In this document: positions 38,201 through 45,936 of the stretch, one piece after another
How the letters are laid out: every line of letters begins with the position of its first letter
How positions within the stretch are numbered: the first letter of the stretch is position 1
Assembly: GCA_043803685.1 (NCBI GenBank)
Contig: JAZDJU010000031.1
Span: forward strand, 85,301-149,300
Length of the DNA stretch: 64,000 bases
Direction: 5' to 3'
DNA from: Candidatus Omnitrophota bacterium
GTDB lineage: Bacteria > Omnitrophota > Omnitrophia > Omnitrophales > Aquincolibacteriaceae
Notes under the pieces: model-generated
Databases searched by the model: none
The model's input: the letters and a program-made list of their open reading frames with translations, nothing else
What the model was told of the DNA's origin: nothing
Position numbers and translations under genes: made by a program

Positions 38201-39640
38201 GGTGACCGATGCGGCAGAAGACCACCTGCCGACCTTATCCTGGAATTTCACATACACTTTCTTCGCTCCGTCGCCGATCGCGAACGTCCACGCTTTTGTT
38301 GCGGCGTAGTTCTCCGCCGTGGTCCATGTCGTTCCGTTCGTCGAAAAGCTCATTTGGCTGAGTCCCGAGCCCGCATCGGTAGCCGAGAGAGTCAGTGTCG
38401 TGGCAGTCTGATTAATGTAGGAGGCCCCACCATTCACCTTGACCGTCCCCACAGGCGGAAGCGTGTCCAGCATGATCGAACTCGAGAACGGTTCGCTCTC
38501 ATTCCCGGCTTTATCGTAATACTTTACGTAAACGGTCTTGCTGCCATCGCCGGAAGGAAGCGAGTAAGTTTTTGAGGTCGCGTAGGCCACGGGCGCACTC
38601 CAGGTCGTACCGTTCGTCGAAAAACTCATGCTGCCGATCTCACTCCCGCTGGCTGTTGCCGAAAGATTCAAGAGAACGATTTGTGACGTCGTGTAAACAG
38701 CGCCCGAGTTGATAGTGATCGTTCCGGTCACAGGAGGGATCAGTTCGTCGTAGGTGATCTTCAGTCTTGCGTTGGCGAGTTGGATCTTGGGTATCGCGCC
38801 GTCCGGCGCGGCAGAAAAACCCGTCCAGGTTTTTCCGGAACGAAGATCACTAAGAACGGCTTGTGTGACGTCCGCAGAGATCGTCTGTGAAACGTTCCTT
38901 GCGAATGACTTTTGAGTCATGCTTGCCGCTAGGGTGGAGACCCCGGTGTAATGCTTCGCGGCTCCGCCGGACAAGGTGGGATAAAGCCCGTCTTCGTTCG
39001 CTTGCATATCATAGATCGAAAAGTTATAAGCCCCTGTCGTAGTCGAAACAGCGTCAAAAACGAGCTCGACCTTCCGGATCTTCTCGATATCGGCCCCCGC
39101 CGCGGACCATTCAACAAGGCTGACTTCCATGAATGCCCGGTAGTTGGACAGATCATAGACGGGTCCGGTTCTCTGAATGAATGCCCCATCCCGGTAATAA
39201 TAACTGGTGTAATAGACCGGATTCCCGTAGGAATCAGGGTAATAATGCCCACTCAGAGCCTGAACCGTTTTCGAACTCACCGCTCGGAGCTCCAGGGATA
39301 CCTCCCGGAAAAGTGGCGCTAGCTCACTCATCGTAGCTGCGGGAGCCTGGATGCTGGGGGGTACGGCACTATCTTTCGAAAGACCACTGGCCGCTGATAA
39401 GGGGAAACTTGACTGAACCGCTACTCCCGAAGGAATATCATTCTCTAAAACTGGAGGAACCTGCGCATTCGCCTGCTCCAGCGTCATGGCCGGCACGAAT
39501 TGCTGCGTTTCGTTCAGGACCCATTCACTGCCGGCCGCGAAGGAAACAGGCACAGAGATCCCGCTGAAAATAAAGCAAAGGGTTGTCGAAAGCGCGACAA
39601 GCTTGAAAGAGGATCGCTTCACTGGGAAGGAATGCTTCAC
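32255..39640 (-). CDS. giant secreted protein: 8 Ig-like repeats, GH144/glucoamylase-like barrel, 3 CBM-like modules
   Basis: GTG start with GGAGG RBS, signal peptide, DTxPPxG repeats; TQPSNFGFY, GLLPW and FSGAFQMYWPAL motifs. Confidence 0.8.
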   Translation of the reverse strand: MKHSFPVKRSSFKLVALSTTLCFIFSGISVPVSFAAGSEWVLNETQQFVPAMTLEQANAQVPPVLENDIPSGVAVQSSFPLSAASGLSKDSAVPPSIQAPAATMSELAPLFREVSLELRAVSSKTVQALSGHYYPDSYGNPVYYTSYYYRDGAFIQRTGPVYDLSNYRAFMEVSLVEWSAAGADIEKIRKVELVFDAVSTTTGAYNFSIYDMQANEDGLYPTLSGGAAKHYTGVSTLAASMTQKSFARNVSQTISADVTQAVLSDLRSGKTWTGFSAAPDGAIPKIQLANARLKITYDELIPPVTGTITINSGAVYTTSQIVLLNLSATASGSEIGSMSFSTNGTTWSAPVAYATSKTYSLPSGDGSKTVYVKYYDKAGNESEPFSSSIMLDTLPPVGTVKVNGGASYINQTATTLTLSATDAGSGLSQMSFSTNGTTWTTAENYAATKAWTFAIGDGAKKVYVKFQDKVGRWSSAASVTVTLDTVKPTGTININSGALYTAVQTVTLNLTGTDSRSGINTMSFSTDGTNWTTPVAYATSKSFTLADGDGTKKVYVKYYDKAGNASAVYSRSILLDTTPPTGAVNINSGALYATSTAVTLNLSGADSGSGISKMSFSTNGTTWSSAVAYATSKTFTLPSGDGNKTVYVKYYDKAGNVSAVYSKSIILDTLPPAGTVKVNGGTTYINQTAVTLDLAATDAGSGLSKMSFSSNGTTWTTAESYAAQKAWTFATGDGAKKVYVKFQDKVGRWSAVTSVTVTLDTVAPTGSLNINSGAVYASSQTVTLNLSGTDSRSGISKMSFSIDGTNWATPVAYATSKTFTLTDGDGAKQVFVKYYDKAGNASAVYSKSIILDTLPPTGTIKINGGAQYITQSAATMDLSATDAGSGVSQMSFSGDGLNWSAAQAYATSMPVIFSASDGLKKMYVKFQDRSGKWSESASVTVLLDTVKPVGTLSINDGASTSTSSEVTFSLTGSDAGSGVDQVRFSTDQGTIWSEWTAFSETQSFTLPEGNGARQVHCQLMDKAGLISEVFTDSILVDIPPAAPWVPATSNANFAFRVIQDGDISRLELKYIPSGGITLLYSGAGDVPDTFDVTPDGSKVIYEGGGTARVERIGEPWTAQTVAGDLTQILYYSNYVMLKTDWTYPSGTVIRTSTGIRISTFNPEFISSFYLTLVTPGTGFYRNDVLSLAVQPEYDQTSGQYYAHIYSLYGGNDYSSAVRTVSLGNETPGAAGGTFTLVDAVVAPGGQTVLALGLDSLTFNKTFLVNQNITFDGAATSVTYQNNIATYTVREDDGSIRTVRFDLNTLEILPELPAIRFVEPVITQVPSAANQWSLKIDQAMRGVRYEVQFDDGSGVWQTAGTFVAAHYGEVAWQDPAQDRGAVVYRAIPREITTAADLLTQINMLYLETDFGLVESTHEYPLEGWLQRRITQPSNFGFYANLLATIAAGDLVTSTISKAEAIRRLDVMMTHLLEDQQRLGYQGLLPWLGYYNGDWERMDDLYGRQVSFEDNTNMTAGLAVAYGALLDASLSGNATVHASGGILDKIDAFIENQRPGYVAMYNAANQTFARTMVISDGHLEGTVDLFGAESMGPLLFLILQYGDAFPASVYNKLYFSVSDYAMQDGSTRTVVEPFSGAFQMYWPALLLPEADDPDLRAMLETYTDVQLDYAQRNNQPGLLSASYDVGSYDLLSGSVSAFSWQGDVVNPSYGADGSFHLTAGSTNGIGVAFTDNSKYVLEGSALQIRYSSQTAVPNARLEFKQKIDGVLTTVYVQDLTLENTGGEVRTLSLQLPESGVLGDLSEVVFVTSEGSGPLDLTFYSIDTDRIQYNFSLGINEIAMNGVSETTPSTYNLGAAYMFRPEGVEALLQRLINEHPELITSHGLWEGINMSSGKVVKEQVFNNVVSFTLGMAGTGGASMTRYLENKGLTSKLESIWDPQTPVSLTSGTSGNFEWNGFKGTAWHLPEAVRASDRELRITYQSSTPVTGVKLELKHAGSNDPAYSVQFDLPATESGPGEYVITIPESYLYWYITDAVVLFPDAQGYPNDKITSMTLVPAARFVPPAGVEVGVEYTGGDLEALLLQYAPQVNVADLQLLSMPVAPVYHLIYTRGGNLAIGFHAYYKMTGSGPINEWFTEMNYLRPGREVVRLYEGNILSGMSLNGSDEVELWYAYGDMMGVISTGGEMRQIPKNDFTPPVVVLDAGIPGLIKAKTLTVSYTVDGVSKTKLFTDLPEGSNTLSITEKDLAGNSTTVTHQVTVDTVAPVVVLDPGTPAMIASSSITVNYTLDGSLKQKTFTDLVTGANTLTIEESDLAGNRTVVNFSVNHVLGTDLLKGPIATFALNGGNAAASWDSGALHLTSSNFQGMGVAAITNDLSINVRQLQISYSSLTPVPNARIEYKARDSFGNLIIVKTQYLNLQNTGGAVKTVNTDLILSGYPLVDEIVFVTEGTGSSSLDMKLYGFSLF
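36531..38740 (-). repeat. eight tandem ~93-aa Ig-like coding repeats of two subtypes (A-B-A-A-B-A-B-A')
   Basis: Type A: INSG...YYDKAGN. Type B: VNGG...FQDKVGRW. Confidence 0.9.
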
Positions 39641-39773
39641 GGGGAACCTCCACTCTGTTTTCTATTCGAATCAGCTTTTTTAGCCTATTTTTTGCAGCAG
39701 GAGAAGCAGAAGCTAGCTCTCCAAGTCTCGATTAAATTTTTAACTGGGAACTTGGACTGCTCACACCAAGCTT

Positions 39774-40157
39774 TTATTTTTTTAAAGGAGTAGAGGGTGC
39801 GAGCTGCCACGGGAATTCTGGCTCGAGGATGGGCTTATAAGAACACGGCCAAGGGAACGGGAAAGTCACCATTTCATAAATTCCCACGCTAGCGCGACCT
39901 ACGGCATAAAGAGAACCGCGACATAATCCTGCGACCCAACTCGGAGGAAATGTGTCCGTGCGGACTTCCTTGGAGAGTTCATTCGAGATCTCGAACGGGC
40001 AGAGGGCCACGTTCAGAAATCCGCGCTGGAGCTTCCGGAGAGACGTTCCCTCCCCCTGGATCTGGGCTTCAGGGGCGACTTCCCCCGCCGCCATCACGGG
40101 AAGCGAGAACGCCAGAAGCACGAACAACGCGATCAGGACCGTATAGAGTCTCTTCAT
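39774..40157 (-). CDS. exosortase-associated TIGR04073-like protein
   Basis: KLQRGFLNV...P.EI and GR...GIYEMVTFPFP...PILEPE. Confidence 0.75.
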   Translation of the reverse strand: MKRLYTVLIALFVLLAFSLPVMAAGEVAPEAQIQGEGTSLRKLQRGFLNVALCPFEISNELSKEVRTDTFPPSWVAGLCRGSLYAVGRASVGIYEMVTFPFPWPCSYKPILEPEFPWQLAPSTPLKK

Positions 40158-40198
40158 AACGCGGTTAATCTAACATTGAAGGCAAAACAACGCCAGCT

Positions 40199-40257
40199 AG
40201 AAATTACATTAACGGCCACGCGCCACGATACACGCTTTCCCCTCGCCCTTGGCCCGC
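40199..40257. repeat. ~60-bp dispersed repeat (partner at 63107..63166)
   Basis: AGAAATTAYATT...GCCACGYGCCACGATMCACG...GCCCYTGGCYCGC; 33/43 identical in the core. Confidence 0.65.
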
Positions 40258-40302
40258 TCCTGCCCGCCGAAGCAGTGAGGCGGGAACGGGCAATCTTTTG
40301 AT

Positions 40303-40337
40303 GCCTGTCCCCTTTTGGGTGACTGTCTCCTGTCTTA
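40303..40337. repeat. 35-bp direct repeat (partner at 43281..43315)
   Basis: GCCTGTCCCCTTTTGGGTGACTGTCWCCTGTCTTA, 34/35 identical. Confidence 0.9.
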
Positions 40338-40511
40338 CCTGTCTTTGCAGTTCTCTGGACAACCTAACTCCGAAGGAATATGCTCAGACGAACGCAAACC
40401 AACCCTCCGAAACACTAACTTAGCATTGGCACAATGAACGGGGGGAGGTCAGCGGATCCCTATGATTCAAAGGTCGATTCATAATTTGCCTCTATAAACG
40501 ATGGAGATCAT

Positions 40512-41411
40512 ATGAAGCAACGCAGGATCTTTAGGCTCGTACTTTCAACATTGCTTTTGATAGGTGGGCTTGGGCTTTCGCTTGTCCTTGCGCAGGCGGG
40601 TCCTGATCAGAGCATTGAGAGGGTCAAAACAGCGACTTCTGCTGACGGCACAGCGATCCATTATTACGAGCATGGGCAAGAGGGGCCGACACTTGTGTTT
40701 GTTCACGGATGGATTTGTGACGCAAGCTACTGGAGAGAGCAAGTCGAGTATTTCAAGAAGAAGTATCACATGGTTCTGATCGATCTGGCTGGGCATGGTC
40801 GTTCCGGGAGTGAGCGTGAGAATTACACCATGGAAACCTTTGGCCAGGATGTGAAAGCTGTTGTCGAAAGTGTCGGGGCAAAGAAGGTAGTCTTGATCGG
40901 TCATTCCATGGGTGCCCTTGTGATCGCACAGGCGGCTCTCTTGATGCCAGAGAAGGCGATGGGATTGGTCGCGGTGGATGACCTTCAGAACGTAGAGTAT
41001 CCCCTGGGAGAAACACAGTTCAAGGAGATGACCACGCCCTTCAAAAAAGATTTCAAACAGGGCGTCAGAGATTTCGTCACAGATATGCTGCGTTCTGACA
41101 ACTCGCCTGTCAATGAATGGGTGATCTCGGATATGTCTTTGGCTGATCCCAAGGTTGCGCTCAACGCAATGAACGGATCTTTAGGCGGGTATCTGACAGG
41201 TGATGTAGCCAAGTTGTTTGATGGATTGGATGTTCCGGTGGTGGCTGTGAATAGCGACCTTTGGCCAACCGATGTCGAAGCGAACAGACGGCATATAAAA
41301 GATTTTGAGCTGATCGAGTTGGACGGACTGGATCATTTTCTGATGCTTAAAGCGCCTGAGCGTTTTAACCCTGCGCTTGAACAAGCTGTTAAAATGATAC
41401 TTAAGAAATAA
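40512..41411 (+). CDS. secreted alpha/beta hydrolase
   Basis: Signal peptide, VHGW, DLAGHG, GHSMG nucleophile, DHF His. Confidence 0.9.
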   Translation: MKQRRIFRLVLSTLLLIGGLGLSLVLAQAGPDQSIERVKTATSADGTAIHYYEHGQEGPTLVFVHGWICDASYWREQVEYFKKKYHMVLIDLAGHGRSGSERENYTMETFGQDVKAVVESVGAKKVVLIGHSMGALVIAQAALLMPEKAMGLVAVDDLQNVEYPLGETQFKEMTTPFKKDFKQGVRDFVTDMLRSDNSPVNEWVISDMSLADPKVALNAMNGSLGGYLTGDVAKLFDGLDVPVVAVNSDLWPTDVEANRRHIKDFELIELDGLDHFLMLKAPERFNPALEQAVKMILKK

Positions 41412-41474
41412 ACAAAACGGGACGTCCGGCGGGAGACGTTAGGGTTTAGCTCCTCCCCGCAAGCTGCAGCCAGC

Positions 41475-41726
41475 TTACAAATGGAATTGGCTTTTTTTGC
41501 GCTCGAGGGTACGCTGGAATTTGTCTTCGACGTCCTGGATCGAATCCTTCAACGCTGCGAAGATCTTCGCCACCTGGTCGCCATTATAAGAATACTGGGA
41601 GGTCGCCAGATTCCCGATCAGGCGGATCTTATCGAGCGTCGCCGCGACTCTCTGCTCCGCCAACCGCTTGAACCGCGCTTCCTTGGATTCATTAGGTACG
41701 TTGCTTGCGTCTTCATTTTCTTCCAC
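41475..41726 (-). CDS. small alpha-helical hypothetical protein
   Basis: 83 aa, AAAGGAG RBS. The 'RFKRLAE.RV...IRLIGNL...YSY..DQV.KIF' pattern is recalled from mobile-element hypotheticals. Confidence 0.75.
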   Translation of the reverse strand: MEENEDASNVPNESKEARFKRLAEQRVAATLDKIRLIGNLATSQYSYNGDQVAKIFAALKDSIQDVEDKFQRTLERKKSQFHL

Positions 41727-41799
41727 GTGAGTCTCCTTTATGGATCCGCTTCTTAGCCGGGACCGCTGTAAAATATCACACCCGATCGTGCCCTGAAAA

Positions 41800-42107
41800 C
41801 AGAAAAGGCTTAGCGATGGGGTCAGGAAGCTTGGGCCTCACTACTTGCCAAGCGCATCAACCCAAAGCTAAGCCTACCGCTGAGACCGCTGGAAGGGCGC
41901 TCGCTTCCTCACCCCCGGCCCTGAGGACCGTGGCCAGTCGCGCGTACTTTCTGGCGTCAGCGATCTCAAAAAACGTAAGCCCAAGATCGGCGCCCCGCTT
42001 TGATCGCGGTCAAGCCAGCCGTAACTCAGGCTCCGTACGACGCCAAGAGGGTCCCGGTTCCGTCGGGGGTTCATCGCCCCCAAGCCAGATCCACCATCTC
42101 TTGGCCT
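41800..42107 (-). ncRNA. candidate ~305-nt structured RNA / attenuator (unassigned)
   Basis: Upstream promoter, multiple nested stems with G-U pairs specific to the minus strand, terminal hairpin followed by a U-tract. Confidence 0.5.
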
Positions 42108-42113
42108 GATCTG

Positions 42114-42142
42114 ACTGTAGCCGACGAGTGTTCAAAAAGCAA
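42114..42142 (-). promoter_or_regulatory. sigma70-like promoter
   Basis: TTGCTT-N17-TACAGT on the minus strand. Confidence 0.5.
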
Positions 42143-42171
42143 GACCCCCGCGAAAAATAGGTGAAATATTT

Positions 42172-43089
42172 TCAGCAACAACAGGTGTTTGGTGGACGAT
42201 CGACAAAGGAGATCCCGGCAAAACGCCGGCGAATGCCGCGCTCAAAAGTCCCGGCCGCGTGTCCGAAAATAATCGCCAAACCATGCCGCATGCCCGGCGC
42301 GATCTTGTATCTTTCCCTGAACTCCCGACTCGTATGAGCCAGCATGGGAACCACCGTTCCGATCATACACGAACCAAGACCCAGGCTTTCCGCAGCGATC
42401 ATGGCATAAGTACACGCGATCCCGGCGTCGGCCGGATCTTCGGAACACGCAAAGATCATCGCGAGCGGCGCATCGTAAAACATGAGGTCCTTCCCCTGTG
42501 CTCGACCGTGGGTGAGTTCCTTATAGATCGGCACGACCAACTCACGCATACTGCGGTGCTCTTCTTTCGACATAAAAGGACGCAGCAGCCAGACACCGGC
42601 TTTCGAGAATAACCATGACATTTTCCTCACAGCGTCCAGGAAATCGAAAGCAAAGGAACGGACCGCTTCCTTGCCGTCGAGAACAACGACCTTCACAGTC
42701 GAGGGCGGAAGACCCGCAGGGGCCTGCTGTGCGGCTTCAAGGATCTTTTCCGTGATGTCACGCGAAACCGGTTGATCCGAAAACTTACGAACGCTCCGCC
42801 GTGATACCAAAAGGCGGAACAAGGCGTCATAGGTCGGGGGTTTCTCCTTGGAAAAGCGGAGTACATCCTGCCGTCCGATCCCCTCCGCTTCCACATGAAT
42901 GGCTTCCACAGGACAAATGGCCGCGCAATGACCACACGTGAGACATCCCCAGGAATCTTTCTTCCCGCCCCTCACCTTAACCGATTCCAATTCAAGATAG
43001 GCGGTGGGACAGCCTTCCACACACAACCCGCAAAGATTACATTGATCATTGACGATGATCTCTACTTTTTTTCCGTAAATCGTCGGCAT
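42172..43089 (-). CDS. nitroreductase with N-terminal 2x[4Fe-4S] domain
   Basis: CNLCGLC...CP, CLTCGHC...CP, RRSVRKF, AESLGLGSC. Confidence 0.9.
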   Translation of the reverse strand: MPTIYGKKVEIIVNDQCNLCGLCVEGCPTAYLELESVKVRGGKKDSWGCLTCGHCAAICPVEAIHVEAEGIGRQDVLRFSKEKPPTYDALFRLLVSRRSVRKFSDQPVSRDITEKILEAAQQAPAGLPPSTVKVVVLDGKEAVRSFAFDFLDAVRKMSWLFSKAGVWLLRPFMSKEEHRSMRELVVPIYKELTHGRAQGKDLMFYDAPLAMIFACSEDPADAGIACTYAMIAAESLGLGSCMIGTVVPMLAHTSREFRERYKIAPGMRHGLAIIFGHAAGTFERGIRRRFAGISFVDRPPNTCCC

Positions 43090-43247
43090 GCGATCCCCCC
43101 TTCGTTCCCCAAAGATCCTGAAAAAGAATTCCGTCCGCTGTGCATTTTAAAATATCCCCTGTTCCATAGCTACCATTTGTTCTTTCGCCTCCCGTTCCGT
43201 TCATGTATACGGGACGGCGTCTGATTTACTGCTAAGAGGCAACGCAA

Positions 43248-43294
43248 AAAAGGGGACAGGCTACTTTTTGAAAAAAAGTAGCCTGTCCCCTTTT
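43248..43294. repeat. 22-bp perfect inverted repeat (REP-like)
   Basis: AAAAGGGGACAGGCTACTTTTT-gaa-AAAAAGTAGCCTGTCCCCTTTT. Confidence 0.9.
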
Positions 43295-43325
43295 GGGTGA
43301 CTGTCACCTGTCTTAACCGGCGTCT

Positions 43326-43448
43326 TTAACGTCTGAGATACGTCACTGTGACGGTGGGAGCGTCGGACGAAAGCGATGCCGCAAAAGCATCCGCGACCCA
43401 CACGCTACAAGCCGCCAAAACGAGTAAAAACACGACTATCTTCTTCAT
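43326..43448 (-). CDS. 40-aa signal-peptide ORF (possibly truncated gene)
   Basis: AAAGGA RBS; MKKIVVFLLVLAACSVWVADAFAASLSSDAPTVTVTYLRR*. Not in the ORF track. Confidence 0.5.
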   Translation of the reverse strand: MKKIVVFLLVLAACSVWVADAFAASLSSDAPTVTVTYLRR

Positions 43449-43564
43449 GGATTCCTTTGATTCAGACTTAATGGGATTTCCCTAAAAAACAAGGAGGGAG
43501 TTAAGCCGTCGGAAAGATGCCCTACGAAGTTCCTTCTGTCAAGGGTACCAAGACAAGACGCCTG

Positions 43565-43674
43565 TCCCGTGTGAAGACGAGACCTTCAAGGTCTCGCGAG
43601 CCTGCCAGAAACATGGGGTTCAGGCCTTTCGGCGCCTGCCCGCCAGCGCTGTGTGGCGGGACTGTCACCTGTCT
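43565..43674. repeat. 110-bp direct repeat, copy 1
   Basis: Near-identical to 45069..45178; contains a GAGAC/GTCTC hairpin, a CCTGCCCGCC REP and GACTGTCACCTGTCT. Confidence 0.9.
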
Positions 43675-43781
43675 TTATTCGATTTTAAGCCGACTTTGGC
43701 CGCGCGGCCAAAGTTGTCCCACCCCATCACTCCATTGGATCTAACGCCTCCCTGCGGACGGCGGCCGGTTTATTCACTTTC

Positions 43782-44414
43782 TCAGCGTATAAAGTTTGTG
43801 AAGATACGTTCTTCTCTCTCCGGGAAAGGGATCCCGGCCTTGGTTCCCGCCTCTTTACATTTCAAGAACCACGCCATATTTCTCCCCAAGGTGCGCATCG
43901 TCTGCAAACCCTCCAGATCTTTTCGGACATCGTCGGGAGTGTGCCCGTGGACCATGTTCCAATATTGAGATGAGATGACCGGCATCTGTGAGATGGTGAA
44001 ATATTTGTTGAGTTGGTCGAATGTCGCCGTCGTCCCGGCTCTTCGGGCAGAGACAACGGCAGCGGCTGGTTTTAAATAAAAGGACTGCCTTCCGGAGAGG
44101 AGGTCTGCAAAGAACACGCGATCCATAAAGGAGGTGATGGCGCCGCCCGCAGACGCATAATGCACGGGAGAACCGAACACAAACCCATCCGCGTTTTTAG
44201 CGATATCCAGAAAATCATTCACCCGGTCGGAAAAAACACAACGCTTCAGCTCCGCGCATTTCCGGCAAGCGATGCATCCGGACAAAGGCGTTCTGCCGAT
44301 TTGAAATATTTCCGTTTCAACCCCGCCGGCATTCAATGTTTTCGCCACTTCCTCCAATGCCGTATAAGTACATCCCTTTTCATTCGGACTTCCATTCACT
44401 AACAATACTTTCAT
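43782..44414 (-). CDS. iron-sulfur flavoprotein / NADPH-dependent FMN reductase family
   Basis: NGSP, CIACRKC.....C, GSPVHY, RRAG. Confidence 0.88.
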   Translation of the reverse strand: MKVLLVNGSPNEKGCTYTALEEVAKTLNAGGVETEIFQIGRTPLSGCIACRKCAELKRCVFSDRVNDFLDIAKNADGFVFGSPVHYASAGGAITSFMDRVFFADLLSGRQSFYLKPAAAVVSARRAGTTATFDQLNKYFTISQMPVISSQYWNMVHGHTPDDVRKDLEGLQTMRTLGRNMAWFLKCKEAGTKAGIPFPEREERIFTNFIR

Positions 44415-44463
44415 GTAGGCTCCTTTGCGCGCGCTTGCCGGTGTTGCCTATGAAGTGGATACC

Positions 44464-45063
44464 TTATTTCACCATCTTTATTTCACGCAACCATTCAGAC
44501 ACTTTGGACTGAGCAGATCTTACAGTTCTTCCACGGACCGCAAGACCGTCGAGAAGAGTCGATCTGGGGCAAAGCTGCGACAGATCAAAGACACTTTGTC
44601 CCAATCCGCTCCCTTCGTGCGTACAAAAAGGCACGAGGGTTTTTCCCGAAAGGTCATGTTTTGACAAAAAAGCTTTCACGGCCATCGGATAAGTTTCCCA
44701 CCAACTCGGGTAGCCGATAAAGATCACATCATAGGCATTGACGTCTTGAACGTCGGATCGAAGTTCCGGCCGAAAGTCGGAATGGAGTTCTTTTTTTGCT
44801 TGTTCAACGAGATCATCATAATTCTCCGTGTAAGGAGCCACCGTCTGGATCTCGAAAATATCCCCGCCAACCCTCTCGTGGATCTGACTCGCGATCTCGC
44901 GGGTATTCCCCGTATGCGAAAAATAAGCGATCAACACCTTTCTCGTATTCCCGGTCCCATGATCGAATTTTTCTTCCTTGGCGGCGAAGCTTACTGGGCT
45001 CGCCGCGGCTATCAGCATCAAGAACGTCATGATCATCGGACATGCTAGCTTCAATCTCTTCAT
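44464..45063 (-). CDS. secreted flavodoxin
   Basis: Signal peptide, YFSHTGNT, GYPSWW, FCTHEGSG. Confidence 0.88.
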   Translation of the reverse strand: MKRLKLACPMIMTFLMLIAAASPVSFAAKEEKFDHGTGNTRKVLIAYFSHTGNTREIASQIHERVGGDIFEIQTVAPYTENYDDLVEQAKKELHSDFRPELRSDVQDVNAYDVIFIGYPSWWETYPMAVKAFLSKHDLSGKTLVPFCTHEGSGLGQSVFDLSQLCPRSTLLDGLAVRGRTVRSAQSKVSEWLREIKMVK

Positions 45064-45068
45064 AGTTC

Positions 45069-45178
45069 TCCCGTGCGAAGACGAGACCTCAAAGTCTCGC
45101 GAGCCTGCCAGAAACATCGGTTTCAGGCCTTTTCGGTGCCTGCCCGCCAGCGCTGTGTGGCGGGACTGTCACCTGTCT
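45069..45178. repeat. 110-bp direct repeat, copy 2
   Basis: See 43565..43674. Confidence 0.9.
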
Positions 45179-45204
45179 CTGTATTGTCACCTGCCTTGGC
45201 AGAA

Positions 45205-45936
45205 TTAAATATCCCTAAATGTAAAAAACGGCAATCTCACCTTACTCATACCGGGCACAACCAATGTCGTTTTTTCCATGTCTTTTAAGCTTTTTACTCC
45301 TAAATAATTCCTATGGAATAGAGCTAAATAATGACCAAAAAATCGCTGCATGCATTTTGTAATCCTTAGTATTTCTTCGAAGATTTGGTTGGAAGCTTGT
45401 TGTAAATTTTTGTTATGAAATTTTTTCATCATTGCCATTAACAGCATATGCTCACCTAGCTGATAAAAACAGTTGCCCTGGGCCTCATTCAAGTAGATTT
45501 CAAATTCGCCATACTCCTTCAGAGAAGCTAGCTCTTCTTCAACAACGTTTGGGTCCAAGTGATAAGCGAATTCATTTCGAATCGTTTCGATTATGTTAGA
45601 GCCCTTAAAATAAGCCTTAATTTCTTTTTCTTCTTTTATTTGGTATTTAATACCCATTTTCCTTGAATAAAACCCCGATCGGATTAACTGCCAACCCTCA
45701 TACAGCAACCCCGCCAGATTGCGCATTATGAAAGTCGTCTGGATATGCCCTGCGCTCAATTTCAGCTTGCCTCTTCTAGGGCTGCGAAAAGAATACAAAA
45801 GAAGTTTTTGACTAATTCCTACATCTGTCAAAAAATTCATCGCTCTTATATAGAAAATACGTTCATCTTTCGGGCATTTGGAAAAACGCTTTTTTGAAAT
45901 TTTGATTTTATATATATCAATTTTATTAGAAGCCAT
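45205..45936 (-). CDS. AT-rich helical protein with HEPN-like RxxxxxH motif
   Basis: IRNEFAYH; markedly AT-rich compared with the flanks. Confidence 0.55.
   Translation of the reverse strand: MASNKIDIYKIKISKKRFSKCPKDERIFYIRAMNFLTDVGISQKLLLYSFRSPRRGKLKLSAGHIQTTFIMRNLAGLLYEGWQLIRSGFYSRKMGIKYQIKEEKEIKAYFKGSNIIETIRNEFAYHLDPNVVEEELASLKEYGEFEIYLNEAQGNCFYQLGEHMLLMAMMKKFHNKNLQQASNQIFEEILRITKCMQRFFGHYLALFHRNYLGVKSLKDMEKTTLVVPGMSKVRLPFFTFRDI

Noticed and set aside
36531-38740. Diversity-generating retroelement TR/VR pair in the giant gene repeats
   Set aside because: No reverse transcriptase in the window, and the differences are not adenine-specific; ordinary domain duplication explains them.
41800-42107. 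tmRNA, RNase P, SRP, T-box or cobalamin riboswitch identity for the structured region
   Set aside because: GGGGGCG lacks the following GAUUCGAC and a T-arm/CCA end; no GAGGAAAGUCC, GGUGGUACCGCG or B12-box consensus.
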